The position numbers were made by a program, and so were the translations under genes. A stretch of 14,057 nucleotides of DNA. Source: Bdellovibrionales bacterium (GTDB lineage Bacteria > Bdellovibrionota > Bdellovibrionia > Bdellovibrionales > UBA840). This document shows, piece after piece, positions 8,083 to 14,057 of this stretch. Under the pieces are notes generated by a model. The model did no database searches. It was not told the origin of the DNA and was given only the letters and a program-made list of their open reading frames with translations. Within the stretch, counting starts at the first letter, position 1. Every line of letters begins with the position of its first letter. The stretch covers positions 1-14,057 of the forward strand of contig JBBKWS010000055.1 in NCBI GenBank assembly GCA_037969075.1, in the 5' to 3' direction.

Positions 8083-8472
8083 CTACTTAACTATTAGGTA
8101 CTCTAACCAAGTCTTAATAACTGGTAATACTGCAATGAAACTAGCAATGCTCAGTATGGCTGCCACTAAATATATGGTTGTTTTAAAAGGGATTGCTTCC
8201 AGCTTTCTATCTTGTGCATCAAGCTTTCTATCTTGCGCATCGATCCTCTTATCTTGAGCACTGAGGTGCTTCTCATGCATCTCAAATTTTTGATCCTGTA
8301 GATCAAACCGCTTATCTATCGCTTTAAAATTAGCATCAAGCTTGTCGCTTAATTCTTTCATTGCGATTCTAAACTCATGCTTAAAAGTAGTCACTATCTT
8401 CACCTGCATCTCTGCTTGTCTACGACTAAACCCTGCCTCTTCAAATGCTCTAATATCTTCTATTGTATACAT
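8083..8472 (-). CDS. DUF1640/CCDC90-like membrane-anchored coiled-coil protein (129 aa)
   Basis: Head motif FEEAGFSRRQAE, heptad stalk (IDKRFDL QDQKFEM HEKHLSA QDKRIDA QDRKLDA QDRKLEA), C-terminal TM. GGAG SD 9 nt before ATG 8472. The longer start at 8559 lies upstream of the sigma54 promoter. Confidence 0.75.
   Translation of the reverse strand: MYTIEDIRAFEEAGFSRRQAEMQVKIVTTFKHEFRIAMKELSDKLDANFKAIDKRFDLQDQKFEMHEKHLSAQDKRIDAQDRKLDAQDRKLEAIPFKTTIYLVAAILSIASFIAVLPVIKTWLEYLIVK
8201..8263 (-). repeat. 21-bp tandem repeat (about 3 copies) encoding coiled-coil heptads
   Basis: + strand units agctttctatcttgtgcatca / agctttctatcttgcgcatcg (19/21 identical) / atcctcttatcttgagcactg. Confidence 0.85.
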
Positions 8473-8514
8473 CGTGAAAAACTCCAATCTGCTATAGTAA
8501 AAATATATATTTCC

Positions 8515-8533
8515 TAGAGCAAAGAAAATGCCA
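8515..8533 (-). promoter_or_regulatory. Sigma54 (RpoN) -24/-12 promoter
   Basis: Minus strand reads TGGCATTTTCTTTGCTCTA, with exact GG-N10-GC spacing. Predicted +1 near 8507, upstream of the SD and ATG 8472. Confidence 0.8.
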
Positions 8534-8660
8534 TAACCAGAGATAATTATATTAGACATTCAGTAATCTAAATTCGACCGACCGGACAACACGTTCGGAA
8601 GTATTTTTTAAATATCAGATCTAAACCAGCTGGCTATTTAAAAAGCAAATATCCCATTTC

Positions 8661-8681
8661 GCTTAAGCACCTAGCTTAAGC
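8661..8681. repeat. Two copies of palindrome GCTTAAGC separated by 5 bp
   Basis: GCTTAAGC (8661-8668) ACCTA GCTTAAGC (8674-8681) in a divergent intergenic region. Confidence 0.5.
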
Positions 8682-8748
8682 TTAGATTTTAGGCAAAAAC
8701 CACAATTTCTTTGATAAATAGTGCGAAGTCTATGACTCTCACCCACCT

Positions 8749-9288
8749 ATGAGGGGAATGCCGCCACAAGCCTATTCGAAACAAGACATTTTGAAGGCGA
8801 TGGAATGGTTAGAAAAACAATCTGAACCAGTAAAATCGCAAGCCACAAATGCCGACGCCTTAATGGGACTTTATAAAAAAGCACTCATTTACGGAGATAC
8901 GTTTGTCGACAAGCAGGCCCCTGTAAGCGGTGACTCATTTAGGTCAGAATTAAGAGACATTGCCGAAAGATTAGGGTCATTTGATGCAAGCCCCACTGTA
9001 AGCACGCAAACGAAGAAAGTCTCACAGGTTTCCCCCTTGAGTTACCAAGTCGAAGCAGAAGAACCGCGTCAACAAGCACATGATGTGGTCCAAAAAGAAA
9101 ATATTAAAATTTCTATCCAGCGGCAGCTACAGCAAACCACTAAAGAAGAAGGTTTTAATATCCAAGCTCTAGATTCTTTAACCCAATCTAGGGTTAAAGA
9201 AATTCGCACTAGATTTAATCTCTCTCGCGATGAAGAAGCCATACGTATGCTAGTCACAGTGGGCTATGAAAAATTACAAAATATTTAA
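8749..9288 (+). CDS. Hypothetical protein (179 aa), helical N-domain, polar linker, possible C-terminal RHH-like domain
   Basis: Long ORF filling the gap with natural composition; no recognised family. Start is uncertain (8749 or 8758). Confidence 0.75.
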   Translation: MRGMPPQAYSKQDILKAMEWLEKQSEPVKSQATNADALMGLYKKALIYGDTFVDKQAPVSGDSFRSELRDIAERLGSFDASPTVSTQTKKVSQVSPLSYQVEAEEPRQQAHDVVQKENIKISIQRQLQQTTKEEGFNIQALDSLTQSRVKEIRTRFNLSRDEEAIRMLVTVGYEKLQNI

Positions 9289-9324
9289 AAAAGATCAGAC
9301 ACATAGGCACAAGTTCTATCAGCC

Positions 9325-9353
9325 TTGACCCTCTATAAAAAGGCAGTTAATTT
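9325..9353 (+). promoter_or_regulatory. Sigma70-type promoter of the ileS operon
   Basis: TTGACC (9325-9330), 17-nt spacer, TAATTT (9348-9353); AGGAG SD at 9383-9387. Confidence 0.6.
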
Positions 9354-9392
9354 AAGCGATAAGTTCGTAAATATGCCGCCTTAGGAGTCAGT

Positions 9393-12131
9393 GTGTCGAG
9401 CCAAGTTCCAAACTATAAAGAAAGCCTGCTTTTACCTCAAACAACCTTTCCTATGAAGGGTGATCTTCCTATCAATGAGCCCAATGCGATCAAAAAATGG
9501 ACCGATAAAAATGTATATGAAAAAATGCTATCTGGTAAGGCTAAAACTTTCTGTTTTCAAGATGGCCCTCCCTATGCCAACGGCAATATTCATGTAGGGC
9601 ATGCGCTAAATAAAATTTTAAAAGATATCGTTGTTAAATTTAAAAATATGAATGGTGAGTCCACAGTATTTATACCAGGTTGGGATTGCCACGGTCTTCC
9701 TATCGAATTAGGGGTTTCAAAAGATTTAGGAGAAAAGAGAAAGCAAATCACCGATAAAGACTTTAGAAATCTTTGTCGTGAATACGCTATGAAGTGGATC
9801 CATAAACAAAGAGAGCAATTTATTCGTTTAGGCATCCTTGCAGATTGGGAAAATCCCTACATGACTTTGCAAGCCGAATACGAAGCCGAGGAAGTAAGAC
9901 AACTGGCACTACTTGCCGACAGTGGTAACTTTTATCGTGGAGATAAACCTGTGTATTGGTGCTGGCCTCTACAAACTGCCCTTGCTGATACAGAAGTAGA
10001 ATACCACGAACATAAATCCCCAGCGGTTTATGTAAAGTTTAAGATGGATCCTTCGTTTTACAAAAATGGATCTGTGTCTGCCGTTATCTGGACGACAACT
10101 CCTTGGACCTTACCAGCAAACCTTGCCATTGCTGTACATCCTGATTTTGAGTATTCGATTTATAAGTCTAGCGGCGAACTGCTTTTACTTGCAGACGGCC
10201 TGATCGAACAAATGACTGCTACTACGCAATTACAATTTGAAAAAGTAAGCGGCACTACCGTAAAAGGATCTACTTTAGAGGGTGTATCGACTACTCACCC
10301 ATTTATTGATAGAGAATCCAAGTTTGTATTAGGAGATCATGTTACTTTAGAAGGTGGTACTGGCTTAGTACACACAGCACCAGGGCATGGGCCGGACGAC
10401 TATATCATTGGTTTAAAATACGGCTTAGCAACTTACAGTCCAGTTGATGAAATGGGTAAGTTTACTGCTGAAGTACCTGAATACAAAGGCATCAATGTGT
10501 TTGAAGCCAACCCACTGATTGTTGAACGCTTAAAAAATGATGGCAGTTTACTATTTCATTACACTCTTACACACTCTTATCCACATTGTTGGCGCACAAA
10601 AAAACCTCTTATCTACCGTGCTACCAGCCAGTGGTTTTTGCGTATGGATAACCCAGAAAAATCTATTCGTGAGAAAACTTTAAAAGCCATCAAAGAAGTA
10701 AAATGGATTCCTAATTGGGGTGAAAATCGCATCAATGCAATGATTGAAAACAGACCAGATTGGTGTCTATCCAGACAACGTCTATGGGGTGTACCAATCC
10801 CCGTGTTCACCTGCAACTCTTGTGGTGAACATCTTGTGTCTTCAAGTGCGATGAACCGAGTGGCTGACGCAATGGAAGCAGGCGACGGCATCAATGAATA
10901 CTTTGAAAGTCCGGCAGAACGATTTACTACGGGTGAGGCTTGTGCAAAATGCAAGGGCACATCCTTTGAAAAATCAAAAGACATTTTAGATGTTTGGTTT
11001 GACAGTGGGACATCACATTCGGCAGTACAACGAAAACGCAAGGGTATGAAAGCCACAGCTGACCTATACTTAGAGGGAAGCGATCAACACAGAGGTTGGT
11101 TTCAGACTAGCTTACTTACCTCAATTGCTGCACATGGTGTAGCTCCTTATAAAACAGTCTTAACTCATGGCTTTGTAAATGATTTACAAGGTAGAAAGAT
11201 GAGCAAGAGCTTGGGCAACGTTGTAGATCCTCTTGATATTATTAAACGCTACGGGGCAGAAATTTTACGCCTGTGGGTTTCTTCAGGTGATTACAGTCAA
11301 GATTTAGCTTGCGGTGAAGAGCAGTTCAAAAGAATGTCTGAGGCCTATAGACGAATCAGAAATACGATGCGGTTTTTATTAGGAAACCTCTTTGATTATG
11401 ATCACAAAAAAGATGCCGTAGCATTTAAAGACATGCTTGAATTAGATCAATGGGCACTTTTACGATTAAACCAATTGATTACCGATGTAAACGCACATTA
11501 TGAAGCATATGAATTTTATAAAATCTATCACGCCATCAATAATTTTATTACTGTAGATTTATCAGCATTGTATTTGGATGTTCTAAAAGATCGCCTCTAT
11601 GTTGATAAAAAAGATGGTCTATCTCGCAGAAGTGCACAAACCGTTGTGTTTGAACTTACTGATCACCTTTGCAAAATGCTAGCACCTATCTTGTCATTTT
11701 TGAGTGATGAGGTTTATACACATTTGCAACCAGAGGTAGAATCCATATTCTCATTGCCATTTCCGAAGCCAAATAAAGATTGGAAAAAAGATGGTATCTT
11801 AGAAAAATTTGAATTGTTAAATGAACTACGCTCAAAAGTATCTAAAGATTTAGAGGATTTACGCAGAAACAAAACGATTGGCGCGAGCTTAGAAGCCAAA
11901 ATAAATATTAAAACAAAGGGTAAGACTTTAGAATATCTAAATGCTTACAAAACGGAGCTTCCTACCTATTTTATAGTTTCACAAGTTGAATTTAGTGAAG
12001 GGGATGAGAAGATTGTAGCAGAAAAAGCAGATGGTGAAAAATGTGTTCGTTGCTGGCGCTACGACAAAATTATTGGCGCCAATAAAAAATTACCAGGACT
12101 ATGTCCGCGCTGTACGGAGGCGTTAACATGA
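9393..12131 (+). CDS. ileS: Isoleucine--tRNA ligase (bacterial type 1)
   Basis: DGPPYANGNIHVGH, PGWDCHGLPIE, WTTTPWT, GTGLVH, EGSDQHRGWF, KMSKS, C-terminal zinc finger CVRCW...CPRC; GTG start with SD. Confidence 0.98.
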   Translation: MSSQVPNYKESLLLPQTTFPMKGDLPINEPNAIKKWTDKNVYEKMLSGKAKTFCFQDGPPYANGNIHVGHALNKILKDIVVKFKNMNGESTVFIPGWDCHGLPIELGVSKDLGEKRKQITDKDFRNLCREYAMKWIHKQREQFIRLGILADWENPYMTLQAEYEAEEVRQLALLADSGNFYRGDKPVYWCWPLQTALADTEVEYHEHKSPAVYVKFKMDPSFYKNGSVSAVIWTTTPWTLPANLAIAVHPDFEYSIYKSSGELLLLADGLIEQMTATTQLQFEKVSGTTVKGSTLEGVSTTHPFIDRESKFVLGDHVTLEGGTGLVHTAPGHGPDDYIIGLKYGLATYSPVDEMGKFTAEVPEYKGINVFEANPLIVERLKNDGSLLFHYTLTHSYPHCWRTKKPLIYRATSQWFLRMDNPEKSIREKTLKAIKEVKWIPNWGENRINAMIENRPDWCLSRQRLWGVPIPVFTCNSCGEHLVSSSAMNRVADAMEAGDGINEYFESPAERFTTGEACAKCKGTSFEKSKDILDVWFDSGTSHSAVQRKRKGMKATADLYLEGSDQHRGWFQTSLLTSIAAHGVAPYKTVLTHGFVNDLQGRKMSKSLGNVVDPLDIIKRYGAEILRLWVSSGDYSQDLACGEEQFKRMSEAYRRIRNTMRFLLGNLFDYDHKKDAVAFKDMLELDQWALLRLNQLITDVNAHYEAYEFYKIYHAINNFITVDLSALYLDVLKDRLYVDKKDGLSRRSAQTVVFELTDHLCKMLAPILSFLSDEVYTHLQPEVESIFSLPFPKPNKDWKKDGILEKFELLNELRSKVSKDLEDLRRNKTIGASLEAKINIKTKGKTLEYLNAYKTELPTYFIVSQVEFSEGDEKIVAEKADGEKCVRCWRYDKIIGANKKLPGLCPRCTEALT

Positions 12132-12628
12132 AAAAATATTTAATATTCACAACTTTAGCAGGAGCGATCATAGCACTTGATCAATGGTCAAAATTATTAA
12201 TTTACACCGAGTTCTCTTTGGGTGAGAGTTTAACAGTATTAGAAAATTATTTTAATATTACTTTTGTCAGAAACTTTGGCGCCGCCTTTGGTTTTTTAGC
12301 TGATTCGCACCCTGAGTTTAGAACTTACTTTTTTCTTTTAATTCCACCTCTTGCCATGGTTTTAGTTGTGGGTATTTTAAGAGGCGTAGCTCTCAGTGAT
12401 AAATTACAGACCATCGCACTATCCCTAATATTTGGTGGTGCCCTAGGAAATTACATTGATCGTCTTCGCTTTGGCTATGTTGTGGACTTTTTGGACTTTC
12501 ACTTTCAAGGTAAGTACTCATGGCCCGCATTTAATGTAGCCGACATGTCTATTGTGATCGGAATCGGAATTTTAGCTTTACTGATAAAAAATGAGCCGAA
12601 AAAAGATAATGCTACGGTGGCATCATGA
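12128..12628 (+). CDS. lspA: Lipoprotein signal peptidase II
   Basis: DQWSK, NFGAAFG, GALGNYIDR, VVDFLD, FNVAD. ATG 12128 has GGAGG 7 nt upstream and an ATGA overlap with the ileS stop. Confidence 0.97.
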   Translation: MKKYLIFTTLAGAIIALDQWSKLLIYTEFSLGESLTVLENYFNITFVRNFGAAFGFLADSHPEFRTYFFLLIPPLAMVLVVGILRGVALSDKLQTIALSLIFGGALGNYIDRLRFGYVVDFLDFHFQGKYSWPAFNVADMSIVIGIGILALLIKNEPKKDNATVAS

Positions 12629-13494
12629 GTTACTATGTTCACGACATTGACCCTGCTCTAATACATATTGGTGACATTCAAATTCGCTACTATGGTTTAA
12701 TGTATTTAGCTGGGTTTATTACAGCGTATTACCTACTCAAATACCGTTTTAAGCGTGGTTGGTTTAAATTACAGTCCATTCAAGTACAAGACCTATATAC
12801 TTATCTAATGGTTTCTATGATGCTTGGCGCGAGAATATTTTATGTCTTTATCTACAATTGGGATTCCTATAAGCACGACCCCATACAGGCACTTTATATT
12901 TGGCAAGGTGGACTTTCATTTCACGGTGCAGCTGTTGGCTTTATTGTCGCTATGGTCTTATTTAGTCGCAAAAACGACATTGGCTTCTGGCATTTGGCTG
13001 ACCACGTAGCCACAGGTTCTGCTCTAGGAATATTTTTTGGAAGACTTGGTAACTTTGCTAACGGCGAATTATTTGGTCGTCCTACTGATGTTCCGTGGGC
13101 CGTAGTATTTCCACACGCTGACATGCAACCACGCCATCCATCACAACTGTATCAGTCCCTTACCGAGGGCCTATTGGTATTTCTTCTGCTTATATGGATT
13201 GACTCAAGAGAGAGAAAAAAATATTTAGTTATGGATGTTAAAAAAGCAAAAACTGACGTTACGTGGAAGCGCACCGGGATTTTAGCTCCATGCTTTTTAA
13301 TATTTTATGGTGTTGGCAGGTTCATTGTTGAATTCTTTAGAGAGCCCGATGCTCAGCTAGGGTTTTATTTTAAGTATTTCTCTATGGGGCAAATTCTTTG
13401 CTTTATAATGATTCTACCCGGCATTTTCCTCCTGTTGATGAACATACGTACCCCGAAAGAAGAGCGATATGTCTTACAAAATCAATCTAAGTAA
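12625..13494 (+). CDS. lgt: Prolipoprotein diacylglyceryl transferase
   Basis: IRYYGLMY, LGARIFYV, GGLSFHG, GRLGNFANGELFGRPT, RHPSQLY, EFFREPD, SMGQ; ATGA overlap with lspA. Confidence 0.97.
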   Translation: MSYYVHDIDPALIHIGDIQIRYYGLMYLAGFITAYYLLKYRFKRGWFKLQSIQVQDLYTYLMVSMMLGARIFYVFIYNWDSYKHDPIQALYIWQGGLSFHGAAVGFIVAMVLFSRKNDIGFWHLADHVATGSALGIFFGRLGNFANGELFGRPTDVPWAVVFPHADMQPRHPSQLYQSLTEGLLVFLLLIWIDSRERKKYLVMDVKKAKTDVTWKRTGILAPCFLIFYGVGRFIVEFFREPDAQLGFYFKYFSMGQILCFIMILPGIFLLLMNIRTPKEERYVLQNQSK

Positions 13495-13948
13495 GGAGCG
13501 CTTTAAATTTAGCGCCTCTCATTTTACGATCTTTTCTGCAGATAAAGCCGAGAGTTTACACGGGCACAATTACTTTGTCCGCTGCGAAGTAATTACCAAT
13601 GATGTAGATAAAGATTTATCTATGGCTTTTGTTTTTTCGGAATTAAAAGATAAAATTGATTTTTTGTGTAAAGGGCTTGACGAAAAAGTGCTTTTGCCTG
13701 AATCCAGTCCCTTTGTGAAAATCCAAAAAAATAAAGCCAATATTGAAGTGAGCTTTCAAAGTAAATTTTATTCTTTTCCCGCTGAAGATTGCCAATTACT
13801 GCCGATTAGTAATATTACGGCTGAGGCATTGGCGAAATATCTATGTGAAAAATTGATCTCTTTTATTTCTTTTTCTTATCAGAGCATCGAAATTGCTGTT
13901 CAAGAAAGCACTGGTCAGACTGTATCGTTTATTAGATCGAACCAATGA
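13469..13948 (+). CDS. 6-pyruvoyl-tetrahydropterin synthase (T-fold) family protein, PTPS-III-type motif
   Basis: FSASHF...ESLHGHNY, later TAEALAKY and VQEST; Glu and no Cys before HGH; overlaps lgt by 26 bp. Confidence 0.88.
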   Translation: MSYKINLSKERFKFSASHFTIFSADKAESLHGHNYFVRCEVITNDVDKDLSMAFVFSELKDKIDFLCKGLDEKVLLPESSPFVKIQKNKANIEVSFQSKFYSFPAEDCQLLPISNITAEALAKYLCEKLISFISFSYQSIEIAVQESTGQTVSFIRSNQ

Positions 13949-14057
13949 TTCCTACTCTTCGCAGCGTCTAAAAAATTAAAAAAACTAGTCTTTTTTGAAA
14001 ATGATTTGTTGGTTATTTTATTACCGATTATACTATGGTTAGGTTCCTCCTAGCTTA

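Noticed and set aside
8201..8263. 21-bp repeats as a CRISPR array
   Set aside because: Head-to-tail repeats with no spacers, in frame as coding heptads.
8631..8646. TGGCTATTTAAAAAGC as a + strand sigma54 promoter
   Set aside because: Spacing is GG-N11-GC, and sigma54 requires N10.
9289..9392. T-box or attenuator leader before ileS
   Set aside because: The leader is too short, with no T-box motif or terminator.
3039..13124. Short antisense or out-of-frame ORFs inside mrcB, the kinase, the regulator, the hypothetical gene, ileS and lgt
   Set aside because: They lie fully within well-supported genes and show no motifs.
13945..13971. ATG overlapping the PTPS stop as a fifth operon gene
   Set aside because: The frame closes after 8 codons (MIPTLRSV).
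14006..14057. TTGTTG-17-TATACT followed by TTCCTCC-TAGCTTA, resembling a promoter and a tRNA 5' end
   Set aside because: Truncated by the window edge. It could equally be the 3' end of a minus-strand gene; tRNAscan-SE on the extended sequence would decide.

Overview
AT-rich bacterial chromosomal segment. The gene content suggests a Bdellovibrionota/deltaproteobacterial-type organism (inference only). Left to right: a minus-strand operon with an orphan GroES carrying an ~90-aa histone H1-like Lys/Ala-rich N-terminal extension, coupled to an outer-membrane beta-barrel; a divergent class A PBP (PBP1B-like); a 45-aa secreted CxxC peptide; a CHASE2 histidine kinase and a sigma54-dependent (NtrC-type) response regulator; a convergent DUF1640/CCDC90-like membrane-anchored coiled-coil protein; a hypothetical protein with a possible C-terminal ribbon-helix-helix; and a coupled ileS-lspA-lgt-PTPS operon. 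The main signal is two closely matching sigma54 promoters (TGGCA-N4-CTTTGCTCTA) that flank the two-component system and point inward. One precedes the CxxC peptide and the other the coiled-coil protein, suggesting a self-contained sigma54 signalling module. The PTPS has the ExxHGH motif of the FolB-bypass PTPS-III class rather than QueD. No mobile elements, CRISPR arrays or complete RNA genes were seen.
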